Assembly: GCA_000165345.1 (NCBI GenBank)
Contig: CM000434.1
Location: forward strand, 224,001 to 288,000
Direction of reading: 5' to 3'
Length of the DNA stretch: 64,000 bases
Under the pieces are notes generated by a model. The model was not told the origin of the DNA and made no database searches. It saw only the letters and a list, made by a program, of their open reading frames with translations. This document shows positions 10,579 through 20,162 of the stretch, piece by piece (within the stretch, counting starts at the first letter, position 1; each line of letters opens with the position of its first letter). Both the position numbers and the translations under genes were made by a program.

Positions 10579-11126
10579 TTTAACCTTGTTATTTAATTCC
10601 AGTTATTTGTTTATCATTTAATCAAAGATTAGCTTTTTATTCTTGAAAATATTATTTAAATACAAACAGTTGGGGGAAAAAAAATTATCACCTTGTTTGG
10701 AGTTATTAATATTATTTAGTTAGAAAATTTCTTTAAACTTGTTGAATTAGTTTTAGAGATAGAGGAGGGAAATTAGCCAAGATATATGATTCGAAGGAAA
10801 AAAAAGGCTTAAATTTTGTACTTTATTTCAAAATATGCCAACTCGAGATTTCTTTTCAAAAGTTTTCTAAAAACTAACAAGGCTAATTAATATATTAGAC
10901 ACATTCCATTCCAGTCATTATGAAAAGAGAGAAAGAAAGAAAAAAAAGAAAAGTCAAACTATACTACTTAAATTCAATCCCAGACCTTAAGGGGGGTGGG
11001 GTAGTAAAAGGCGGCAGAATTAGAAGAAAAAATAAAATGAATTTTGCCATAAAAATTGTGAGGCATGGCGCCAAAATTGTCACAAAAATAATTCATGTAA
11101 AGATTAAAAAATTAAAATATAATAAG

Positions 11127-11531
11127 TTATAATTCAGACTTTGCAGAACCATCATAATTGTTGATAATAAAGAATTTGATAATATATTTGATGGCCTTAA
11201 ATATAAGGATAATGGGTTTTTGGATTAAAATGTAGATGATACCTAGTCTACGAAAAATAATGTATAGGGAAACAATTATAAGGAAATAAAATGAGTACCA
11301 TAAAAAGAGGGTTTCTTGCTCAGATTTCTTTTTGATAGTTTTGAATTTCTGAAAATTACTTGCGAGTTTATCACCATACTGCTTATAAGTATCGTTTGCA
11401 TTTAATAGTGAATTCTTATCTTCAGTAAGAATTTGTTCAGATTTATGAAAGCGGTCGACTTCCTGTTTCATCTTATTTTTGGTCTCAAAAAGCTGGTTTT
11501 GCAATTCGGTTGATTCTTGATCTTCACTCAT
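11127..11531 (-). CDS. Hypothetical small protein with an N-terminal coiled coil and a C-terminal transmembrane anchor (tail-anchored, SNARE-like topology), 134 aa
   Basis: The ORF has an ATG start. The hydrophobic segment LFLWYSFYFLIIVSLYIIF lies near the C-terminus. A CCCGCC box at about 11694 lies roughly 160 bp upstream on the gene strand. Confidence 0.45.
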   Translation of the reverse strand: MSEDQESTELQNQLFETKNKMKQEVDRFHKSEQILTEDKNSLLNANDTYKQYGDKLASNFQKFKTIKKKSEQETLFLWYSFYFLIIVSLYIIFRRLGIIYILIQKPIILIFKAIKYIIKFFIINNYDGSAKSEL

Positions 11532-12184
11532 CTTTTATTTATGCAATTATTTCTTGGGGTTTCGATCCTTTTTTAATTGTTATCTTCTTCTTTCCTCTTT
11601 TTTCTTTTCCCTTTTGCTTTCCTCCTTTTAAAATTGGGATTCTCAGTAATATATTTATTTCACTTCAAAATGTAAAATTAATGATTGGCATGTGCCCGCC
11701 TTTTTTTTTGTTATTGATTTAGAGGGTAAGTTAAAAGTAATTAATAAATAATAAATATAAATAGTGAAAATAAGCAGAAAATAAGATAAAGGGGAAAAAT
11801 AAAATTTGTGGGAAAATAACAAATATCAGAAGAAACAAAGAAGAGAAAAAAGAGAATATTTAATATTGAGGAGATTTATTAGTGAAGAATAAATCAAAGG
11901 ACAAAGATTGTGATATTACTGCTACTAAGGAGATATATATATATACATATATTTTTTTTTTCTTCTTTTTTATTAATTTTGAAAAGAAATATCCCCAAAA
12001 CTATAAATTGGAAGGATCTTACAAAGTAAATTGATAAAATAAGAAAAAGAGTCAATATTAGTAAAGAGGAATTATTTTTGAGTAAATATATTGTAATAAA
12101 TAGAAGTAATTCTGTATTTATAAATAATTTAACAAATACTAATTTATAACTTGTTTGGATTATTTAAAATAAAGAAAGGAGAAG

Positions 12185-13497
12185 ATGTTGGATTCAATAA
12201 ATCCTGCATCATCCTATTACTCAAAAAGGATTGAGCATTTAAAAATTTTGATTGATTCAAAAAAATTGGATATACGTAGATTACATGCACAGAGAAATGA
12301 ACTAAATTCCAAAGGTAAGTTGATTTTCTTTAAAACTTATTTCAATTATGTGAATATACTTAACTTAATAATGTTAATGATTTTAGTTAAAGAACTCAAG
12401 GATGAATTACAATATCTATTGGAATCTAATAGTTATGTTGGAGAAGTTATAAAGGTAATGGGAAGAAATAAAGTATTGGTAAAGTTAAATCCAGAAGGAA
12501 AGTTTCTGGTTGATGTTTCTAAGAATATTGATATTTCAAAATGTACTACAAATACTAGGTAAGTAAAAATGAATTACAAAATAACCTTAAAATATTTGAA
12601 CTTTTTTATTATTTTAGAGTTGCATTATTGAGCGATTCATTTAAGCTTCACCGTATATTTCCTAACAAAGTAGATCCTTTGGTATCTTTAATGAAGGTTG
12701 AAAAAGTTCCAGATAGTACATATGATATGGTTGGTGGACTTGATGAACAGATTAAAGAAATTAAGGAGGTAATAGAACTTCCAATAAAACATCCTGAGAT
12801 ATTTGAAAGTTTGGGAATTGCTCAACCGAAAGGAGTTCTATTATATGGTCCACCAGGTACTGGTAAGACTTTATTAGCAAGAGCTGTTGCTCATCATACA
12901 GATTGTACTTTTATTAGAGTATCTGGTTCTGAGCTTGTTCAAAAATATATTGGAGAAGGAAGTAGAATGGTTAGAGAGTTATTTGTTATGGCTAGAGAAC
13001 ATGCTCCATCTTTAATTTTTATGGATGAAATTGACTCAATAGGATCACAAAGAACAGAAGGGGAAAGTGGTGACAGTGAAGTACAGAGGACAATGCTTGA
13101 ACTTTTAAACCAATTGGATGGTTTTGAGTCAACACAAAACATTAAGATTATTATGGCAACCAATAGAATTGACATATTAGATGATGCTCTTCTTAGACCT
13201 GGTCGTATTGATAGAAAGATAGAGTTCCCAAATCCAAATGAAGATGCTAGATTAGAAATTCTCAAGATTCATAGTAGAAAGATGAACTTAGTTAGAGGAA
13301 TTGACTTAAGAAAGGTAGCTCAACAGATGCAAGGAGCATCTGGTGCTGAATCTAAAGCAGTTTGTACTGAAGCTGGAATGTTTGCTTTAAGAGAGAGAAG
13401 GAAACATGTTACTCAAGAGGACTTCGATATGGCAGTTTCCAGGGTAATGAAAAAAGATAGTGATTGGAATATGAGTTTGAAGAAGTTATGGAAGTAA
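12185..13497 (+). CDS. RPT6: 26S proteasome regulatory AAA-ATPase subunit Rpt6 (PSMC5/Sug1 orthologue). Three exons: join(12185..12314,12387..12558,12618..13497), about 393 aa
   Basis: Exon 3 aligns almost residue for residue with human PSMC5 ([121 protein letters not shown]...). Intron 1 has donor AAAG|GTAAGT at 12315 and acceptor TTTTAG| at 12386, and is phase 1. Intron 2 has donor AG|GTAAGT at 12559 and acceptor TTTTAG| at 12617, and is phase 2. The spliced junctions give ...[14 protein letters not shown]... and ...[12 protein letters not shown]..., matching the human order. The track ORF 12628 starts at TTG because it lies inside exon 3. Confidence 0.85.
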
Positions 13498-14148
13498 GTA
13501 GAGACGAGAACAATTTTCACTCAGAATGCTTTAGTGATCTAGGAGGAGAGAGACAAACAATATGCAATGCAAAACTTCTCTCTTTCTTTTGTATTAAAAA
13601 ATTCCTCAATTCTACTTTTTTTTTGGATACCCTCAAATACACAATAATCAATCATAAGATACCTTTAAGATACCATTTTCTCTCCCCAAAATTTTACTTA
13701 ATAGCCACTGATAACTATATTTTATCATAAACCCTTACATTATTTAGCTTTGAGTTCTCATAGATGCAATAGTATCATACAATAGAATAACAATGGTATT
13801 ATTAGAGTTTTATTACCATATTCATCTACTTATTATTCAATTTCTGATTTATATGTACTATCGTACTTGAATTCTAACCTTAGGGGCGGAGAAAAAAGAG
13901 ATGAAGGAATCAGAAATAGGAAAGCCAGAAATGAGAAAGCCAGATATACAGAAACCACATATACAAAAGTCAGATATATAACAGAAAGAGATAAAAAATT
14001 AGAGAAATCATATAGAATGAGTTGAAATTAGAAACATATACAAATTAAGTAAATAATAATCAAATAGAAAATTTATATCAACTAAATAGTAATAATATTA
14101 AGTAAAAATAATTAGATTTTCATATAAATTAAGTTAATATAGACTAAT

Positions 14149-15306
14149 TTAATCAGTCATATTAAATTCATCATCAGAAGAGTTGTTATTTCCTTCCATA
14201 TTTTCATCCAAATCAGATTCAGCATTTGAAAAGAGAAATTCAAAATGATCAGAATTATCATTTGAAGTATTTCCTTGAATGATATTAACAAAATGAACTC
14301 CATTTTTATTAAATTCAAAAAGAAGTCTAAAATATTCGTTAATATCAACATTAAATCCTCTTTTTGAAGAAAGACCAGAATCTTCAAGTATCTTAAATAT
14401 AAATGTTTTGAAAGGCATATTTCCACAAGGATCTTTTTGATTAATTGAAGACCAAACTTTATAATTGTTTTCAAGAATATTTAAAACACTACTATTATTA
14501 AAATTAGCTCTTATTGTCTTCTTCTTACGAGAAAAACATATTCTCATAAGTCCATCCCATTCTCTAAAATTAACTGAAACTGGAATCTTTTTTGGCTCAA
14601 ATTTAACAACCATTGAATTAACTTTTGGTGGAGGATTAAAACTTCCTGGAGCAACTTTACAAACTCTGGTTACTTTACTAAATAATTTAGTATTTACAGA
14701 TAACCTACAGTAATGCTTTTCTCCAGGTTCTGCTAAAAGTCTTAAAGCAAATTCTTCTTGAAACATTAATACTGCACATCTATATTTATTTTGTAATGAA
14801 AGTAATTTAAAAACAAATGGAGAAGAAATTTGATATGGAAGATTTGCAGTACAAACATCAAAATCACCAAATGAACTTCTCAAAGCATCCCCTTCTCTAA
14901 CCTCTAAATTATTAAATCCTGAATTAACTGATCTCTTCTTTACTTCAGCAACCATTCTAGGATCTATATCAAATGCTACAACTTTTCTAGCTAATGGTAA
15001 TAATCTCATTGTTAAATTTCCAGTACCTGGACCAATTTCTAATACAGTATCAGTTGGCTTAATATCTGCTGCTAATATAATTTTATCTAAAATACCAGTA
15101 TTCTTAAGAAGATGTTGACCTTTCTTTTTATCCAAAATAACATTCACAAAACTGGAACCTCCTCCTTTATTATGACTAGAATTCTGGGAATTTGATGTTT
15201 GCTTCTGTATTCCAGAACCATTCTTAATAACTTTTCCTGATAATTCATTAATATTAAGCTTATTAGGCCTATTCTTAGTCAAATATTCTTTCCTAATAAC
15301 AACCAT
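14149..15306 (-). CDS. DIM1: 18S rRNA dimethyladenosine transferase (Dim1/KsgA family), about 385 aa
   Basis: The SAM-binding motif VLEIGPGTGNLT and the catalytic motif NLPYQISSP are present. The track start at 15348 is GTG, and the first in-frame ATG is 15304-15306 (MVVIRKEY...). A CCCGCC box at 15494 lies about 190 bp upstream. Confidence 0.8.
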   Translation of the reverse strand: MVVIRKEYLTKNRPNKLNINELSGKVIKNGSGIQKQTSNSQNSSHNKGGGSSFVNVILDKKKGQHLLKNTGILDKIILAADIKPTDTVLEIGPGTGNLTMRLLPLARKVVAFDIDPRMVAEVKKRSVNSGFNNLEVREGDALRSSFGDFDVCTANLPYQISSPFVFKLLSLQNKYRCAVLMFQEEFALRLLAEPGEKHYCRLSVNTKLFSKVTRVCKVAPGSFNPPPKVNSMVVKFEPKKIPVSVNFREWDGLMRICFSRKKKTIRANFNNSSVLNILENNYKVWSSINQKDPCGNMPFKTFIFKILEDSGLSSKRGFNVDINEYFRLLFEFNKNGVHFVNIIQGNTSNDNSDHFEFLFSNAESDLDENMEGNNNSSDDEFNMTD

Positions 15307-15828
15307 ATTTAAAATAAAGAAATAATACCAAATAGAATGATTTTGCACATATAAAAAATTGATTCAAGGTTCCAATTCAATTTTTATAAAATTCAATAGT
15401 TACAAGTATTCCATCAAACACTGTAAATCTCAAAATTTTTCATCTCAAATTTCAACTAATATTAATTTTAATATTAATGGTCAAGAAAAAGCCCGCCAAA
15501 ACTCCAATTAATTTATTTTATAGGTAACTATTAATAAATGGAGGTAAAAAAAAAAAAAATAATAAAAATAAAGTCAAGTCTTGTCTAAAGTAATATATTA
15601 CAAAGTGATAAATTAATAATCAAGTTGATTTTTATTAACGATTGATTTGGAAAATTAGGGGAAAAATTGAGAATTTACTAGTCAATATTAACATTTGGAG
15701 CTGGAAAAAAAAAGTGTTAATTCGAAAAAGATATAATTAAAGTTAAGAAGTGAGACAGAGGTAAAATTATAAGAATAATAACAGAAGGTTTGAATATAGT
15801 AGTATTATAAAAGAAACAGAAATAAAAC

Positions 15829-17475
15829 ATGGGTGGACAAAAAATTAAAAAAGGAACTAGAGGAGATAGTGCAATGTTTATTACAAGGGCACAAGCTATA
15901 AAGCGTCTTCAAGTATCTTTAGCAGATTTTAGAAGACTATGTATTTTGAAGGGAGTTTATCCAAGAGAACCAAAAAAAAAGTTGAGTGGATTGGATAAGA
16001 CTTATTATCATTTAAAGGATATTATACATTTAAAACATGATCCAATATTATCCAGAATAAGAGAATTAAAAATTCATTTGAGAAAATACAGAAAAGCAAT
16101 GGGACGTAATGACAAAACTAAAGCTCGTTCAATTAGAGAAAATAAACCAATAATTACTTTGCAACATATTGTTAAAGAAAGATATCCATGTTTTGTTGAT
16201 GCCTTAAGAGATCTGGATGACGCTCTTTCAACTTGTTCATTATTTGCATCATTAGGAGCTGATGATAATTATAGTATTCGTTCTAATATGATCAAAAAGT
16301 CAACTTATTTGATAGATGAATTTATGTACTTAGTATCAGAACTTGGATTCTTAACAAAATCTTTTATTTCTATAAAAGGTTTCTATTTCCAAGCAAAAAT
16401 TCTTGGCGAGACAATCACATGGCTTGTTCCACATCAATTTGCACAAAGTATTCCAGATGAAGTAGATTTTAAAGTTTTGTCAACATTCTTGGAGTTTTAC
16501 CATTCATTATTAAAGTTTGTTAATTTTAAGTTATACCAACTTAATAATTTAACTTACCCTCCAACAATTAATACTCCAATTTTTGATAATGGAGGAAGAT
16601 TCCTTTCACTTCATGCATATAATCTTTCCAAATTGAATTCTAACATTCCTTCGAATGTTGAACAAAAAGTGGAAAAAAAACGTATTTTTGAAGGACTCAC
16701 TTTCTTTATTTCTAGAGAAGTTCCACTTCTTCCTTTAGCTTTTGTAATTAAAAGCTTTGGTGGTAAAGTTGGATGGGAAAACCAATTTTCAAGTATTAAA
16801 CAGGATGATGAGGGAATTACACACTATGTTATTGATAGACCCATTAATTTCCTTAAAAGTTTCATAGATAAACACCCAAATTGTGAGTTTATTCAACCTC
16901 AATGGGTATTTGACTCTATGAATGAATCAATTAGATTACCTACACGTCCTTATGGCCCTGGTGAAAAGTTACCTCCACATCTATCTCCATTTGTGGATGA
17001 TAGTACCCAAGGTTATATTCCAACTCAGAGACAAGTTCTTGATGAAATTAAGGAATCCAATAGTCATAAATCTCAATCTTGCTTATCTGAAGATGAATCA
17101 ACAGAAATTGATGAACTTTCAGAACATGATTCTGATATTGAAGTTCAACAAGCTAGAGAAGATGCCTACTTTGATTCTATTGAGAGAGAACAATCATTAT
17201 CAACCTCAAATGAAATTGATTCAATTGATAACGAGCATAAAGATTCATCCAATTTTACAACAGAATCTGAATTAACTAATACAAAAGATAAAGTAAATAT
17301 TGCTAGAAAGCTCGCGAAGAAACGTAAAGAAGAGGAACAAAGAGAACAACAAAAGACTCTACTCAAAAAGAAGCATAAGAGACTTTTACAAAGAATTGAA
17401 TATTCTAACAAAATCGCTTCGGAGAAAGCAGAAAGGTTGGAATCTCGAAGAAAATTATTAAGTAAAAATAACTAA
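15829..17475 (+). CDS. NOP7: Pescadillo homologue (Nop7/PES1, pre-60S ribosome biogenesis, BRCT domain), 548 aa
   Basis: The N-terminus [51 protein letters not shown] matches the conserved Pescadillo N-terminal domain (human [48 protein letters not shown]). A BRCT-like region ([13 protein letters not shown]) and an acidic/basic C-terminal tail follow. Confidence 0.85.
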   Translation: [548 protein letters not shown]

Positions 17476-17670
17476 TCCAGGTTGAACTATTTTCTTATAT
17501 TCGTTCAATAAGTTAGAAAAAAAAAAATTCAGGTAATACCTTTGCAAGACTTTGCACTAGTATTTTAAATTTTATATTTAGATATTAAAATAATCATAGT
17601 AATAACTCTATATATTATCTCTATATTTCATTTTTGCTTTTCTATTGCTATTTCTCAAAAATCCTATTAT

Positions 17671-17715
17671 TTTCTATATGCATGCAAATTCATTTCAAAG
17701 TTCCCGCCATTATAT
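17671..17715 (+). promoter_or_regulatory. Composite upstream module: GCATGCA box followed by an E2F-like TTCCCGCCAT box (copy 1)
   Basis: tatgcatgcaaattcatttcaaagttcccgccattatatgaaatc. Both motif types are the known over-represented Cryptosporidium upstream elements. The module lies about 560 bp upstream of the Sec14-like gene. Confidence 0.6.
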
Positions 17716-17980
17716 GAAATCTTTTATCAACCGATTCGTAAAGATAATTGAAACCACAAATTTATAAATTAAACACCGCAAAAAAAAAAAAATGGGCTCT
17801 TTAACAGTAATGAAAATTGATTAGTTAATATTACAAATGAGATATTTTCAAAAGCCAATACATTTTTAAAAAATTGAAAATCAAAATAGTTAAATAAAAA
17901 TGATTCAAAAATAAATATAATTTATTATTACCATTATTTTTTCAGAATTAATTTTGAAAATATTATACAAATTATTATTT

Positions 17981-18045
17981 GCATGCAAAAGTTTTGTCCT
18001 CATGGAAAATTTGATAAATTTTCCCGCCATGTGAATAGATCTTGT
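17981..18045 (+). promoter_or_regulatory. Composite upstream module: GCATGCA box followed by TTTCCCGCCATG (copy 2)
   Basis: ttgcatgcaaaag...ttttcccgccatgtgaatagatc. Order and orientation are the same as copy 1 but the spacer is longer. It lies about 200 bp upstream of the ATG at 18237. Confidence 0.6.
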
Positions 18046-18236
18046 AAGTGCTGTACTTTAAAAATAAAAGTGATATAAAAAAAAGTGTGAAAAGAGGGGC
18101 AGAATTTCTGAAATTTTTAGATAGAAAGAAAAAAGATTCGGGTTCTTTTTTTTTCTTTTTTTAAAAAAAAACTTTAAGAAAGCGAGAAAGGAGTTCTGTG
18201 ATTGTGGGAAAGCTAAATTGAACAAGGAGCTGAAAC

Positions 18237-19559
18237 ATGGTAAATTACAAGATTAGTCCAATACTTTCAGAGTGGAAAAAAACTCCACAAGGTCCAGGAG
18301 CTAAAACTGAAAAAGAAGAAAAAGCCTTATCAAGTTTAAGACAATTGTTAGAGGTTCAGAATAAGGCAGCAGAAAACAAGCAAAACTTAGAGAAACAAAA
18401 GGCAGCAAATGGTCTAGTAAAAAAACAGTCAACTTCAGAGGCTGTATTTGATAAAATTAAACACTTTGCTTCTTCAGCTTTTAAGAATAAAGAATCATGT
18501 GTTATCTCTTCTGTTTCATCACCAAACAAACCAGGAAAAATTATTAAGACCCGTCTTCTTCTTAAAGCTCCTTTAAGCCCATATGAATTGGATTGGTGTA
18601 CTGATGCATGCTTATTACGTTATTTAAGAGGATATAACCTCAAAGTTATTAAATCATTTGAAGCATTAGCAAAAACTATCCACTTTAGACGTAAGTATGC
18701 ACCTCAATTTATTAGTCCAAGAAATATTAGTTCTGGAAATAATGTTGAAGGATTGATTAGATATGGTCTTGATAAGGAAGGTCGTCCATGTATATTTATG
18801 AGAGCTAAATACAGCGACTCTAATATTGATGTTTCTCTTGTATTAAATTCTCTTTTATATTCAATGGAGAGAGCATGCTTGTATATAGATCAAGTAAGTA
18901 CTAGTGATAACAAAATTAACTTGATTGTTGATTTTACTGGTTATAAAAGCACTCAACAACCACCAGTTTCTTTATCTCTCAAATTTGCTAAGGCAATGGT
19001 TGACCATTATCCAGAGAGATTACATAGAGCATTCATCATACAACCTGGTTGGTTCTTCAAGGCTGTATGGGGATTAATTAGTCCATGTATTCCAGGTAAT
19101 ACTGCAGAAAAGTTTGTTTTAATTGATCCAGAATCTGATGGTTCAGAAAGCTTTAATGCATTAAAGTCATACATTGAAGATAAGTATTTGGATAAGGAAT
19201 GGGGTGGATCTTGTGAGGATGTTTTTGATCCAAATGAATATTGGCAAAAAGAAAATACTGAATTTGATAAGTTTTGTGAATTTTGTCAAAATAACTTTTA
19301 TACACCTGAACATCCTATTCCAGTCATTGATCCAAATTCAAAATCTGCAGTGAAAGTACCAACAGATGTTGATCCTACTGAAGTTCCACAACTTGCTGTT
19401 GCATTGCTAGATGATGAGGATATTGATCCAAATGAGCCGGTTGAGGATGGTGGTCATCAACCTGGAGAACCTTTCAAACCATTAAGCCAACAGCAATCCG
19501 AGGAGATTGAGGAGAACAATGATTTTGATGTATTGGATGATACAAATACTTCACAGTAA
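18237..19559 (+). CDS. Sec14-like (CRAL-TRIO) phosphatidylinositol/phosphatidylcholine transfer protein with an acidic C-terminal tail, 440 aa
   Basis: The CRAL-TRIO N-terminal motif CLLRYLRGYNLKV (compare yeast Sec14 LLRFLRARKFDV), YGLDKEGRPCIF (compare DKDGRPVYF) and a lipid-binding core are present. The ATG is confirmed. Confidence 0.75.
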   Translation: MVNYKISPILSEWKKTPQGPGAKTEKEEKALSSLRQLLEVQNKAAENKQNLEKQKAANGLVKKQSTSEAVFDKIKHFASSAFKNKESCVISSVSSPNKPGKIIKTRLLLKAPLSPYELDWCTDACLLRYLRGYNLKVIKSFEALAKTIHFRRKYAPQFISPRNISSGNNVEGLIRYGLDKEGRPCIFMRAKYSDSNIDVSLVLNSLLYSMERACLYIDQVSTSDNKINLIVDFTGYKSTQQPPVSLSLKFAKAMVDHYPERLHRAFIIQPGWFFKAVWGLISPCIPGNTAEKFVLIDPESDGSESFNALKSYIEDKYLDKEWGGSCEDVFDPNEYWQKENTEFDKFCEFCQNNFYTPEHPIPVIDPNSKSAVKVPTDVDPTEVPQLAVALLDDEDIDPNEPVEDGGHQPGEPFKPLSQQQSEEIEENNDFDVLDDTNTSQ

Positions 19560-19615
19560 AAAAGAAAAGAGAGAGAAAGAGAGAAAGAGAGAGAGAAAAA
19601 GAGAGAGAAAAGAGC
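19560..19615. repeat. GA-rich (AGAGAAAG-type) microsatellite in the convergent 3' intergenic region
   Basis: aaagaaaagagagagaaagagagaaagagagagagaaaaagagagagaaaagag, read directly. Confidence 0.85.
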
Positions 19616-20162
19616 GTTATTATATGGAGTGGATGGATCATTGGTACTCAATAATATACTTTTCAATCAAACTATTTTTTGATCTAATTATTAAAGCAAC
19701 TGAAATGGTAATTTACCAAGTTTTTTAAGATTTTTATTTTGGCTTTCAGTTTTATTTTAATTACTATATCGACTCTTTAAGAAAATTCATTTGTTATTTT
19801 CCTTTAATATTATGTTATTCAGAAGACAACTTATTAAGCAAATACATCATTTTCCTGTGTATCTTTCTCTCAGAAAGAAATAAAGAAAGATAGAAAGTAG
19901 TAATAATACAATATAATAATAATTTTTAAGTAATTAATCCCGGAATCCAAGAATGAATCAATATTCTTTAATTGCATTATAATCTAACTACTACTTGAAA
20001 GTCGATACACGACCCACCTTAATATACATTAAAAAGATGAAAATATATGTAAATATGCACCTGAGGATAAATTTGACTAACAGTAACACAATAAGGTAAA
20101 AATAAGATAGAATAAGACAAAAAATAGGAATTAAGAGGGATATAAAATAATATGTCAAATGT

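Noticed and set aside
10920-11132. 70-aa Lys-rich ORF with an upstream G-box (ggggggtggggtagtaaaaggcggcag)
   Set aside because: The composition follows from an A-rich intergenic region. It overlaps the 3' end of the tail-anchored gene on the other strand, and it has no conservation signal I can recognise.
13900-13990. Degenerate tandem repeat (agaaagccagaaatgagaaagccagatatacagaaaccacatatacaaaagtcagatatata)
   Set aside because: It is a real but short and decaying low-complexity repeat in a 3' intergenic region, and nothing suggests a function.
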